DNA of 64,000 nt from contig NC_042999.1 in assembly GCF_006345805.1 (NCBI RefSeq), positions 123,690,001 to 123,754,000 of the forward strand, written 5' to 3'. Within the stretch, counting starts at the first letter, position 1. Every line of letters starts with the position of its first letter. The notes below the pieces were generated by a model. The model was not told where the DNA came from, ran no database searches, and worked only from the letters and a program-made list of their open reading frames with translations. The stretch is from Octopus sinensis (taxonomy: Eukaryota). Both the position numbers and the translations under genes were made by a program. Below are positions 51,075-63,868 of the stretch, in pieces.

Positions 51075-54000
51075 ATGGATTCCATTTATGTTGGTTGTTT
51101 AAATGTGCGCGGCCTGGGAGCAGACTGGAAGCAAGGTCGCTTCCTGCATGATATCAGGTCGCGTAATTTAGATGTTATTGTTGCTACAGAAACCCGGTTA
51201 GAGGGGCCAAGAGGTCTACTCCCGCTGTTTGACGGCTACGAGAGTTTTTTCTCTCCTGGCAGTCCTACAGGCGGGAGTGGGGTGTTGGTCCTATTAAAAA
51301 GAAACCGGGTTTCTGAGAAAAAGTTAATTTTTGCAGATCCAGAAGGTAGGCTGGTCGTCATGGATTTGACGTTCAGTAACGGTAAAGTTATCAGACTGGT
51401 TGCAATTTACGCACCCAACCATACAGGGCAAAGTGATTATTTTCGTGAACTAGAAAACTTTCTTGGTACTTCGCATTCATTAGTGGTGCTAGGAGACTTC
51501 AACACAATTTGCAAAGCGGATGTAGATTATGTTGGCTCGTGTCCAGATAGAAAAGGCAACAGTGGCTTCATGGAACTGCTAAGCCGCTTTGAGCTAGCAG
51601 ATCCTTATAGGCTGGAATTTCCGAACGCTCCATTGTGGACATGGTCAAACAGCGACGGATCTTCCAGGTCATATCTAGATAGAATACTAATTAGAAAAGT
51701 AGACAGTAAAATAGCTAAGTGTCCACAGTTTTACCCGATCAGCTACAGTGATCATAAAATGGTCACTTGTAAGCTTGACATAGATAAGGTTAAAAATAGA
51801 GGATCCGGTTACTGGAAACTTAATACGTCCCTTTTGGCGATTAAGGAGTACAAAGACCGGATTAGGGATATAATTCAGAGGGCACTATCTGGTACCATCA
51901 TTAATAACAAATGGTGGTACGCCCTCAAACGAGCCATCAAGTTTGAGTCTATTAGATATAGCATAGGAGTAGTGGCTAGAGAGGCTAGAAGGGAAACTAC
52001 TCTAGTTAAGGAATTAGAGGAAGCCATGAAAACTGGCTCTGCGGCTCAGGTGGCGTCCAAGAGACTGGTGTTAAACCAGCACCTCGAGGCCAAACACATG
52101 GGCTGCATTGTCAGGGCTAGAATCCGTCATATGGGATGTGAAGGAATCAACGCCGTGAGATGGGCCCGAGTGGTGGAAGCTCGGCATGGTAACGATGCCA
52201 CGATTCGATCTTTGACGAACCAACAAGGTGAGTTGATAAACGAGCCCGAGGAGATGTGTGAGGCCTTTCAGGAGCACTTCGCTCAGCTTTTCGGTGAGTG
52301 CGGCGGACTGGATAGGAGGAGGGCCTTTACGGACCTACTCGACGGTCTGCCGCGCTTATCGGGGCGAGATGCGGAGGGCTGTGAAGGGCCAATCACACCT
52401 GAGGAAGTGGTTGAGGCAATGGCGGACTGCGGCGCGGGCAAGGCGCCGGGTTTGGATGGTCTACCCTATGAGTTATATAAGAGTATGCCAGACTTGTTCG
52501 GGCACCTACTGGCGGAGGTCTATGCGAACTGGCAGCAGAACGGGCTTATACCCAGATCTGTGCGCCGGGGAGTAGTGACTCTCGTCAGAAAGGACCCGAG
52601 CAAGGGGGAGTGCATTGATAATTTCAGGCCCATCACTCTGCTAAACACAGAGTTGAAGATTTTGGCCAAAGTGTTATCGAAAAGATTGGCGCGTGTCGCG
52701 GATGGTCTGATCGGGGAGGCACAGACATGTGCCGTTCCGGGCAGATCCATTCAGGATAATCTCCATCTAATGCGGTACACTATAGAGGGGTTTAATAGTG
52801 ATTCTGGCAAGGGTGGGGCACTGGTCCATTTAGACCAATCTAAAGCTTTTGATAGGGTCGACCATCGTTACCTGGTGTCTGCTCTGGCACAGTTCGGGCT
52901 GAGCCTTGGCTTCCTCAGGTGGATTATCCAAATTTATGATAACATCGACTCGGTAGTTCGGGTGAACGGCTTCTTGTCGAAGCCGTTCAAAATCAAACGC
53001 TCGGTTCGTCAAGGGTGTCCGCTCTCCCCGCTTTTGTACGTGATGGCTCTTGAGCCATTACTGCGAAAACTGAGCGGCATCCCGAGACAGCCAGGTAATG
53101 GAAAATCAGTGTCAGCGTACGCGGATGACATCACCATCATCGTAACCGAAATGGACCACCTATGTAAAGTAGGCAAGGCCATAGAGGTTTACGAGACGGT
53201 GACAGGAGCAAAAGTTAATCGCGAAAAGTCAGTCGGCTTGCAACTCGGCACCTGGAGAGGCAAGTCGATGCCTCCTGACAGCGTCGTGGGACGTTGGACG
53301 GAGGGTCCGATTAAACTGCTAGGGGTCTGGTTCGGTCCAGACCTCCAAATAGAGAAGAATTGGGGCGAGGTAACGAGCAAGGTGGCTGCAGTAGCCAAGA
53401 CCTGGTCTTGGCGGTGGCTATCCTTGAAAGGGAGGGCGGAGGTGGCCAATGTGTTTATCGCATCGGTTATCACCTACCGCCTTTCCGTCGTTCCTTGCCC
53501 TGATTCGTGGTTGATCAAGTTGGAAAGACAACTCTTCTACTTCTTGTGGAAGGGCGGGAACCACTTGTGAAACGCTCTACTTGCTGTCAACAACCGTTAA
53601 AGGGTGGGCTAGGGATGCCTTGGCTGATGATGCGCAGACATGCGCTGAGGTTAAGACATCTGTGGCTCTACCTGGATGGTGAACGGGTGTGGTCTTCGCT
53701 GGCAAAACTGATGTTTCCCAAGTTCACCAGTTTCGGTGGATGGGAAACCTGGCTGAATCGTAGATCGAAACTTGGTACTTGGTACACGGAGTGTCGCAAG
53801 GCTCTCCTGCTATTCCGTCGCTCGGGCAACGCCTGCGGTGGGGGTTCCACAACATTCTTCTATAGAGGGTTGGTAGAGGCGGAATGTGAAGATACCTTGG
53901 GGGAAACCCTAGGTCTCGACGATAATCAGCTGGCCAGTCTGTTCCGACGTACGTTCGAGCCGAGGACACTGGACAACTTCCAGAAGTCTCTGGCATGGCA

Positions 54001-54469
54001 ATGCTACAGAGGAGCTCTACCTGTTCGGGATAAACTCGCAAGGCACGGTGGCCAAGACAGTCCGATATGTCCAAGATGCGGGCGGGATAGGGAAACCGTC
54101 CCGCACGCTATTGTTCATTGTCCGGACGTGTCTGAGGTGTGGGTTTATGCCGAACACCTGTTGTCAGGTACACGAAGAGTACAGCTGTCGACTGAGTCGA
54201 TTACAAAAATTGACCCACCGGATTTCCTCGTGAATGAAGGTAAGTTTCGTTTTCTCGTTGTAGTAGCAATTGCGAAAGAGGTGATATGGAAGACGAGAAT
54301 GAAAGGTGTACAGTCAGGCAAGTTCATCTCCGGCCCTGGTTTGATGAAGTATTTCATCTTTCACCTGAAAAGGAAGATAGGGCTGGAGAGAATATGCCTG
54401 ACTAGGAGAGTGTATGAGGAACGATGGAAGGATGTAGCACGAAAGTTGCGAGTGAAAGATACAACATAA
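51075..54469 (+). CDS. B2 ORF2 (APE-RT-Cys/His), single frameshift at ~53559
   Basis: 831-aa ORF 51075-53570 covers EN and RT; 53507-54469 covers the C-terminus. Confidence 0.93.
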
Positions 54470-54713
54470 ATGTAATACCAAGCTTAACCAAAAGTATCAG
54501 TGGGGAGGCGGGGCTCGTGGGGTCCGAGCTAAACCCGCACCCACTCCACCCGTAACGTCTTCCGGTCTGTCCCATCATCCGATTTCTGTCCATTTATTGT
54601 AATTCATGAAAATTTTTAAATCCGATTTTGTGTAAAAACCATTCGTATGTCTGACCCCAAATCAGATTGTTTTGTCCCCTCTGTGTTCGCCCCTTGTGGG
54701 TAATAATAAAACA

Positions 54714-57700
54714 ACGTGTTGGCAGCCATGGCCAAAGTGGAGAAAGTAGTGGAAATAAACGACTTTGTAATTTACAGAATAGGCCGGAAGGATTACGGGC
54801 GGATAAAGTCAGAATTCTTCCATGACGTAGGCCCACTTAGATTGGATGTGACATCTCCACATATATTCGAGGGCCTACGTCAGACTCCCCCACGAGGCCC
54901 AGAAAAAGAGTTAGAAGAACAAGAAAAAACCGAACCACTGATATAAGGTAAGTAATGGATTACATTTATGTTGGTTGTTTGAATGTGCGCGGCCTGGGAG
55001 CAGGCTGGAAGCAAGGTCGCTTCCTGCATGATATCAGGTCGCGTAATTTAGATGTTATTGTTGCTACAGAAACCCGGTTAGAGGGACCAAGAGGTCTACT
55101 CCCGCTGTTTGACGGCTACGAGAGTTTTTTCTCTCCTGGCAGTCCTACAGGCGGGAGTGGGGTGTTGGTCCTATTAAAAAGAAACCGGGTTTCTGGGAAA
55201 AAGTTAATTTTTGCAGATCCAGAAGGTAGGCTGGTCGTCATGGATTTGACGTTCAGTAATGGTAAAGTTATCAGACTGGTTGCAATTTACGCACCCAACC
55301 ATACAGGGCAAAGTGATTATTTTCGTGAACTAGAAAACTTTCTTGGTACTTCGCATTCATTAGTGGTGCTAGGAGACTTTAACACAATTTGCAAAGCGGA
55401 TGTAGATTGTGTTGGCTCGCGTCCAGATAGAAAAGGCAACAGTGGCTTCATGGAACTGCTAACCCGCTTTGAGCTAGCAGATCCTTATAGGCTGGAATTT
55501 CCGAACGCTCCATTGTGGACATGGTCAAACAGCGACGGATCTTCCAGGTCATATTTAGATAGAATACTAATTAGAAAAGTAGACAGTAAAATAGCTAAGT
55601 GTCCACAGTTTTACCCGATCAGCTACAGTGATCATAAAATGGTCACCTGTAAGCTTGACATAGATAAGGTTAAAAATAGAGGATCCGGTTACTGGAAACT
55701 TAATACGTCCCTTTTGGCGATTAAGGAGTACAGACCGGATTAGGAATATAATTCAGAGGGCACTATCTGGTACCATCATTAATAACAAATGGTGGTACGC
55801 CCTCAAACGAGCCATCAAGTTTGAGTCTATTAGATATAGCATAGGAGTAGTGGCTAGAGAGGCTAGAAGGGAAACTACTCTAGTTAAGGAATTAGAGGAA
55901 GCCTTGAAAACTGGCTCTGCGGCTCAGGTGGCGTCCAAGAGACTGGTGATAAACCAGCACCTCGAGGCCAAACACATGGGCTGCATTGTCAGGGCTAGAA
56001 TCCGCCATATGGGATGTGAAGGAATCAACGCCGTGAGATGGGCCCGAGTGGTGGAAGCTCGGCATGGTAACGATGCCACGATTCGATCTTTGACGAACCA
56101 ACAAGGTGAGTTGATAAACGAACCCGAGAGATGTGTGAGAGGCCTTTCAGGAGCACTTCGCTCAGCTTTTCGGTGAGTGCGGCGGACTGGATAGGAGGAG
56201 GGCCTTTACGGACCTACTCGACGGGCTGCCGCGCTTATCGGGGCGAGATGCGGAGGGCTGTGAAGGGCCAATCACGCCTGAGGAGGTGGTTGAGGCAGTG
56301 GCGGACTGCGGCGCGGGCAAGGCGCCGGGTTTGGATGGTCTACCCTATGAGTTATATAAGAGTATGCCAGACTTGTTCGGGCACCTACTGGTGGAGGTCT
56401 ACGCGAACTGGCAGCAGAACGGGCTTATACCCAGATCTGTGCGCCGGGGAGTAGTGACTCTCGTCAGAAAGGACCCGAGCAAGGGGGAGTGCATTGATAA
56501 TTTCAGGCCCATCACTCTACTAAACACAGAGTTGAAGATTTTGGCCAAAGTGTTATCGAAAAGATTGGCGCGTGTCGCGGATGGTCTGATCGGAGAGGCA
56601 CAGACATGTGCCGTTCCGGGCAGATCCATTCAGGATAATCTCCATCTAATGCGGTACACTATAGAGGGGTTTAATAGTGATTCTGGCAAGGGTGGGGCAC
56701 TGGTCCAATTAGACCAATCTAAAGCTTTTGATAGGGTCGACCATCGTTACCTGGTATCTGCCCTGGCACAGTTCGGGCTGGGCCTTGGCTTCCTCAGGTG
56801 GATTATCCAAATGTATGATAACATCGACTCGGTAGTTCGGGTGAACGGCTTCTTGTCGAAGCCGTTCAAAATCAAACGCTCGGTTCGTCAAGGGTGTCCC
56901 TCTCTCCTCGCTTTTGTACGTGATGGCTCTCGAGCCATTACTGCGAAAACTGAGCGGCATCCCGAGACAGCCAGGTAATGGAAAATCAGTATCAGCGTAC
57001 GCGGATGACATCACCATCATCGTAACCGAAATGGACCACCTATGTAAAGTAGGCAAGGCCATAGAGGTTTACGAGACGGTGACAGGAGCAAAAGTTAATC
57101 GCGAAAAGTCAGTCGGCTTGCAACTCGGCACCTGGAGAGGCAAGTCGATGCCTCCTGACAGCGTCGTGGGACGTTGGACGGAGGGTCCGATTAAACTGCT
57201 AGGGGTCTGGTTCGGTCCAGACCTCCAAATAGAGAAGAATTGGGGCGAGGTAACGAGCAAGGTGGCTGCAGTAGCCAAGACCTGGTCTTGGCGGTGGCTA
57301 TCCCTGAAAGGGAGGGCGGAGGTGGCCAATGTGTTTATCGCATCGGTTATCACCTACCGCCTTTCCGTCGTTCCTTGCCCTGATTCGTGGTTGATCAAGT
57401 TGGAAAGACAGCTCTTCTACTTCTTGTGGAAGGGCGGGAAACCACTTGTGAAACGCTCTATTTGCTGTCAACAACCGTTAAAGGGTGGGCTAGGGATGCC
57501 TTGGCTGATGATGCGCAGACATGCGCTGAGGTTAAGACATCTGTGGCTCTACCTGGACGGTGAACGGGTGTGGTCTTCGCTAGCAAAACTGATGTTTCCC
57601 AAGTTCACTAGTTTCGGTGGATGGGAAACCTGGCTGAATCGTAGATCGAAAGTTGGTACTTGGTACACGGAGTGTCGCAAGGCTCTCCTGCTATTCCGTC

Positions 57701-58596
57701 GCTCGGGCAACGCCTGCGGTGGGGGTTCCACCACATTCTTCTATAAAGGGTTGGTAGAGGCGGAATGTGAAGATACCTTGGGGGAAACCCTAGGTCTCGA
57801 CGATAATCAGCTGGCCAGTCTGTTCCGACGTACGTTCGAGCCGAGGACATTGGACAACTTCCAGAAGTCTCTGGCATGGCAATGCTACAGAGGAGCTCTA
57901 CCTGTTCGGGATAAACTCGCAAGGCACGGTGGCCAAGACAGTCCGATATGTCCAAGATGCGGGCGGGATAGGGAAACTGTCCCGCACGCGATTGTTCATT
58001 GTCCGGACGTGTCTGAGGTGTGGGTTTATGCCGAACACCTGTTGTCAGGTACACGAAGAGTACAGCTGTCGACTGAGTCGATTACAAAAATTGACCCACC
58101 GGATTTCCTCGTGAATGAAGGTAAGTTTCGTTTTCTCGTTGTAGTAGCAATTGCGAAAGAGGTGATATGGAAGACGAGAATGAAAGGTTTACAGTCAGGC
58201 AAGTTCATCTCCGGCCCTGGTTTGATGAATTATTTCATCTTTCACCTGAAAAGGAAGATAGGGCTGGAAAGAATATGCCTGACTAGGAGAGTGTATGAAG
58301 AACGATGGAAGGATGTAGCACGAAAGTTGCGAGTGAAAGATACAACATAAATGTAATACCAAGCTTAACCAAAAGTATCAGTGGGGAGGCGGGGCTCGTG
58401 GGGTCCGAGCTAAACCCGCACCCACTCCACCCGTAACGTCTTCCGGTCTGTCCCATCATTCGATTTCTGTCCATTTATTGTAATTCATGAAAAATTTTTA
58501 AATTCGATTTATTGTAAAAACCCATTCGTGTGTCTGACCCCTCATCAGATTGTATTGTCCCATCTTTGTTCGCCCCTTGTGGGTAATAATAAAACA
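54714..58596 (+). mobile_element. Element B copy 3, 5'-truncated inside ORF1, 3883 bp
   Basis: Begins at ACGTGTTGGCAGCCATGG (internal ORF1 sequence, compare ~45584) directly after the B2 terminus. The 3' end is intact. Confidence 0.92.
54955..58350 (+). CDS. B3 ORF2 (APE-RT-Cys/His), few single-base frameshifts
   Basis: ORF pieces 54955-55743, 55850-56176, 56286-56978 and 56914-58350. Confidence 0.92.
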
Positions 58597-58822
58597 TGGA
58601 GGAAATCTAATTTTTGCGTTATTAGTAAGTTGATATATATTTTTGCTCTCGTACTATTATCTCTGTTATTATATACTGTTGGTCTACCTGTTTTTGTCTA
58701 TTGTTGTCTAACGGACGAAGTCAGCCTTCGCGCGAAGACTTCGCGTTGGTGTTCCCCCCTCAGTGGGGGAAAACTACAATTAATTGGATTTACCAAAGGC
58801 TTGTTAAAGCCATTTGTTCAAG

Positions 58823-60223
58823 ATGGAGTCCCCCATCTCTTATTCGCCCGTGACGAGCGAGGATGAATACCCGGCGTTGTCGCCAGGAAAAAAAGAGGCG
58901 TTGTCGCCAGAAAAAAAAGAGGCGCTGTCGCCAAGAAAAAAAGAGGCTTTGTCGCCGGAGAAAAAAGAGGCGGCGTCGCCCAAAAAAATGGAAAAACCAG
59001 TACCAGCATCAACTCCAGCAAAAAAATTTGCTGAAGTGGCTGGGAAAAAGATCAAAAAAATAAATATAGAAAATTTTAAAAAATTTGCAGACTGTGTAAA
59101 AAAAGAAGGCACAGAAGTGACTGTGGCCACAAACATACAAATACATGACGATATAGAAAAAAAAAGAATAATATATAAAACTTACGACACAACGAAAAAA
59201 TGATCCAAAAAATCGAAGAAAAAAAAATAGAGTTTTGTCTAAAACCTTTTATGGATAAAATAACGTATATAAACAGAGGAAAAAGATTCGGCACAGTGGA
59301 GGTGCGTTTCACTACGGAGGAGATAGCGAAGAAACTATCGATGGAGCCAATCAAAGCGGAAAACATTGTCTTACTACCATTGTACAAAGGAAAAAGGACG
59401 TCGAAAATTTCAATGAACAACATACCGCCAGAGGCAGATGCTGAATGTCTGGTGGCAGCAGTGATGGTGGGTCTGGAGGAAAAAATAAACATCCTCCAGG
59501 CCACAGTGGAGGAAGAGGAGTTTTGGAAAGGGCAAAAAATAGTGATAGCCATTCAGGCGGAGGTGCAAACACTGGAAGAAATTCCAGAAACGGTAAAGAT
59601 TAGTGAAGACGAGAAAATAACAGTGTTCGTGGAGGGCAGGAAACCGAGGTGCTTCGGCTGCGGCAAGAAGGGGCATGTAAGGGCGGAATGCCAACCCCAA
59701 CCCAAACCGCATGAAGCACCTAAGCCAAAAGAAAAAGAAGATAATGTGTCACCAGAAGCAGCGTCGGACGGCCCAGAAGGGAAGACTGAAGGTGTGCAGG
59801 TGACGGTGACAGCAGAACCAGCGGCGGAGAAAAAAAAGAGCGAGGAAAAGATAAATGAGGAGGGGTGGGCAAAAATTACCGGAAGGAAAAAAAGAAAAAC
59901 GGAAACCACCCCTCCCAGAGTAATTTTAAAAAAGAAAAAAGAGTCAATGAACTCATATATGGCCGTAAAGGCAGCAAATAGCAGACTCGGAAACGTGTTG
60001 GCAGCCATGGCCAAAGTGGAGAAAGTAGTGGAAAAAAACGACTTTGTAATTTACAGAATAGACCGGAAGGATTACGGGCGGATAAAATCAGAATTCTTCC
60101 ATGACGTAGGCCCACTTAGGTTGGATGTGACATCTCCACATATATTCGAGGGCCTACGTCAGACTCCCCCACGAGGCCCAGAAAAAGTTAGAAGAACAAG
60201 AGAAAACCGAACCACTGATATAA
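58823..60223 (+). CDS. B4 ORF1 (first ATG of B1/B2 is TTG here, so the start is probably the second ATG, MESP...)
   Basis: ORF pieces 58814-59203 and 59200-60228, with the CCHC knuckle. TAA at 60221-60223 by alignment to the other copies. Confidence 0.8.
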
Positions 60224-60231
60224 GGTAAGTA

Positions 60232-63200
60232 ATGGATTACATTTATGTTGGTTGTTTGAATGTGCGCGGCCTGGGAGCAGGCTGGAAGCAAGGTCGCTTC
60301 CTGCATGATATCAGGTCGCGTAATTTAGATGTTATTGTTGCTACAGAAACCCGTTAGAGGGGCCAAGAGGTCTACTCCCGCTGTTTGACGGCTACGAGAG
60401 TTTTTTCTCTCCTGGCAGTCCTACAGGCGGGAGTGGGGTGTTGGTCCTATTAAAAAGAAACCGGGTTTCTGAGAAAAAGTTAATTTTTGCAGATCCAGAA
60501 GGTAGGCTGGTCGTCATGGATTTGACGTTCAGTAATGGTAAAGTTATCAGACTGGTTGCAATTTACGCACCCAACCATACAGGGCAAAGTGATTATTTTC
60601 GTGAACTAGAAAACTTTCTTGGTACTTCGCATTCATTAGTGGTGCTAGGAGACTTTAACACAATTTGCAAAGCGGATGTAGATTGTGTTGGCTCGCGTCC
60701 AGATAGAAAAGGCAACAGTGGCTTCATGGAACTGCTAACCCGCTTTGAGCTAGCAGATCCTTATAGGCTGGAATTTCCGAACGCTCCATTGTGGACATGG
60801 TCAAACAGCGACGGATCTTCCAGGTCATATTTAGATAGAATTCTAATTAGAAAAGTAGACAGTAAAATAGCTAAGTGTCCACAGTTTTACCCGATCAGCT
60901 ACAGTGATCATAAAATGGTCACTTGTAAGCTTGACATAGATAAGGTTAAAAATAGAGGATCCGGTTACTGGAAACTTAATACGTCCCTTTTGGCGATTAA
61001 GGAGTACAAAGACCGGATTAGGAATATAATTCAGAGGGCACTATCTGGTACCATCATTAATAACAAATGGTGGTACGCCCTCAAACGAGCCATCAAGTTT
61101 GAGTCTATTAGATATAGCATAGGAGTAGTGGCTAGAGAGGCTAGAAGGGAAACTACTCTAGTTAAGGAATTAGAGGAAGCCATGAAAACTGGCTCTGCGG
61201 CTCAGGTGGCGTCCAAGAGACTGGTGTTAAACCAGCACCTCGAGGCCAAACACATGGGCTGCATTGTCAGGGCTAGAATCCGCCATATGGGATGTGAAGG
61301 AATCAACGCCGTGAGATGGGCCCGAGTGGTGGAAGCTCGGCATGGTAACGATGCCACGATTCGATCTTTGACGAACCAACAAGGTGAGTTGATAAACGAG
61401 CCCGAGGAGATGTGTGAGGCCTTTCAGGAGCACTTCGCTCAGCTTTTCGGTGAGTGCGGCGGACTGGATAGGAGGGGGGGCCTTTACGGACCTACTCGAC
61501 GGGCTGCCGCGCTTATCGGGGCGAGATGCGGAGGGCTGTGAAGGGCCAATCACGCCTGAGGAGGTGGTTGAGGCAATGGCGGACTGCGGCGCGGGCAAGG
61601 CGCCGGGTTTGGATGGTCTACCCTATGAGTTATATAAGAGTATGCCAGACTTGTTCGGGCACCTACTGGCGGAGGTCTATGCGAACTGGCAGCAGAACGG
61701 GCTTATACCCAGATCTGTGCGCCGGGAGTAGTGACTCTCGTCAGAAAGGACCCGAGCAAGGGGGAGTGCATTGATAATTTCAGGCCCATCACTCTGCTAA
61801 ACACAGAGTTGAAGATTTTGGCCAAAGTGTTATCGAAAATTGGCGCGTGTCGCGGATGGTCTGATCGGAGAGGCACAGACATGTGCCGTTCCGGGCAGAT
61901 CCATTCAGGATAATCTCCATCTAATGCGGTACACTATAGAGGGGTTTAATAGTGATTCTGGCAAGGGTGGGCACTGGTCCAATTAGACCAATCTAAAGCT
62001 TTTGATAGGGTCGACCATCGTTACCTGGTATCTGCCCTGGCACAGTTCGGGCTGAGCCTTGGCTTCCTCAGGTGGATTATCCAAATGTATGATAACATCG
62101 ACTCGGTAGTTCGGGTGAACGGCTTCTTGTCGAAGCCGTTCAAAATCAAACGCTCGGTTCGTCAAGGGTGTCCGCTCTCCTCGCTTTTGTACGTGATGGC
62201 TCTCGAGCCATTACTGCGAAAACTGAGCGGCATCCCGAGACAGCCAGGTAATGGAAAATCAGTATCAGCGTACGCGGATGACATCACCATCATCGTAACC
62301 GAAATGGACCACCTATGTAAAGTAGGCAAGGCCATAGAGGTTTACGAGACGGTGACAGGAGCAAAAGTTAATCGCGAAAAGTCAGTCGGCTTGCAACTCG
62401 GCACCTGGAGAGGCAAGTCGATGCCTCCTGACAGCGTCGTGGGACGTTGGACGGAGGGTCCGATTAAACTGCTAGGGGTCTGGTTCGGTCCAGACCTCCA
62501 AATAGAGAAGAATTGGGGCGAGGTAACGAGCAAGGTGGCTGCAGTAGCCAAGACCTGGTCTTGGCGGTGGCTATCCCTGAAAGGGAGGGCGGAGGTGGCC
62601 AATGTGTTTATCGCATCGGTTATCACCTACCGCCTTTCCGTCGTTCCTTGCCCTGATTCGTGGTTGATCAAGTTGGAAAGACAGCTCTTCTACTTCTTGT
62701 GGAAGGGCGGGAACCACTTGTGAAACGCTCTATTTGCTGTCAACAACCGTTAAAGGTGGGCTAGGGATGCCTTGGCTGATGATGCGCAGACATGCGCTGA
62801 GGTTAAGACATCTGTGGCTCTACCTGGACGGTGAACGGGTGGGTCTTCGCTAGCAAAACTGATGTTTCCCAAGTTCACTAGTTTCGGTGGATGGGAAACC
62901 TGGCTGAATCGTAGATCGAAAGTTGGTACTTGGTACACGGAGTGTCGCAAGGCTCTCCTGCTATTCCGTCGCTCGGGCAACGCCTGCGGTGGGGGTTCCA
63001 CCACATTCTTCTATAAAGGGTTGGTAGAGGCGGAATGTGAAGATACCTTGGGGGAAACCCTAGGTCTCGACGATAATCAGCTGGCCAGTCTGTTCCGACG
63101 TACGTTCGAGCCGAGGACATTGGACAACTTCCAGAAGTCTCTGGCATGGCAATGCTACAGAGGAGCTCTACCTGCCATGTTCGGGATAAACTCGCAAGGC

Positions 63201-63625
63201 ACGGTGGCCAAGACAGTCCGATATGTCCAAGATGCGGGCGGGATAGGGAAACTGTCCCGCACGCGATTGTTCATTGTCCGGACGTGTCTGAGGTGTGGGT
63301 TTATGCCGAACACCTGTTGTCAGGTACACGAAGAGTACAGCTGTCGACTGAGTCGATTACAAAAATTGACCCACCGGATTTCCTCGTGAATGAAGGTAAG
63401 TTTCGTTTTCTCGTTGTAGTAGCAATTGCGAAAGAGGTGATATGGAAGACGAGAATGAAAGGTTTACAGTCAGGCAAGTTCATCTCCGGCCCTGGTTTGA
63501 TGAATTATTTCATCTTTCACCTGAAAAGGAAGATAGGGCTGGAAAGAATATGCCTGACTAGGAGAGTGTATGAAGAACGATGGAAGGATGTAGCACGAAA
63601 GTTGCGAGTGAAAGATACAACATAA
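60232..63625 (+). CDS. B4 ORF2 (APE-RT-Cys/His), multiple frameshifts including a non-homopolymer 5-bp insertion
   Basis: ORF pieces 60438-61541, 61414-61731, 61731-61913, 62085-62723, 62862-63389 and 63146-63625. Confidence 0.88.
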
Positions 63626-63868
63626 ATGTAATACCAAGCGCAACCAAAAGTATCAGTGGGGAGGCGGGGCTCGTGGGGTCCGAGCTAAACCCGCACCACT
63701 CCACCCGTAACGTCTTCCGGTCTGTCCCATCATTCGATTCTGTCCATTTATTGTAATTCATGAAAAATTTTTAAATTCGATTTATTGTAAAACCCATTCG
63801 TGTGTCTGACCCCTCATCAGATTGTATTGTCCCATCTTTGTTCGCCCCTTGTGGGTAATAATAAAACA

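Larger units (their letters stand above)
49465..54713 (+). mobile_element. Element B copy 2, full length (most divergent variant in ORF2 and 3' UTR)
   Basis: Same termini as B1, with many private substitutions. Confidence 0.92.
58597..63868 (+). mobile_element. Element B copy 4, full length, 5272 bp (one extra 21-bp ORF1 repeat)
   Basis: Same termini. Five SPxK units. 5-bp insertion CCATG at 63175-63179 in ORF2. Confidence 0.92.

Noticed and set aside
57430-57445. GGGAAAC as a programmed -1 frameshift site in ORF2
   Set aside because: The heptamer is in the wrong phase (GGG AAA C) and the ORF is open without shifting in B1 and B3.
61100-62100. B4 as a recombinant mosaic of B1/B3 and B2
   Set aside because: Shared sites are interspersed and fully compatible with a simple three-lineage tree.
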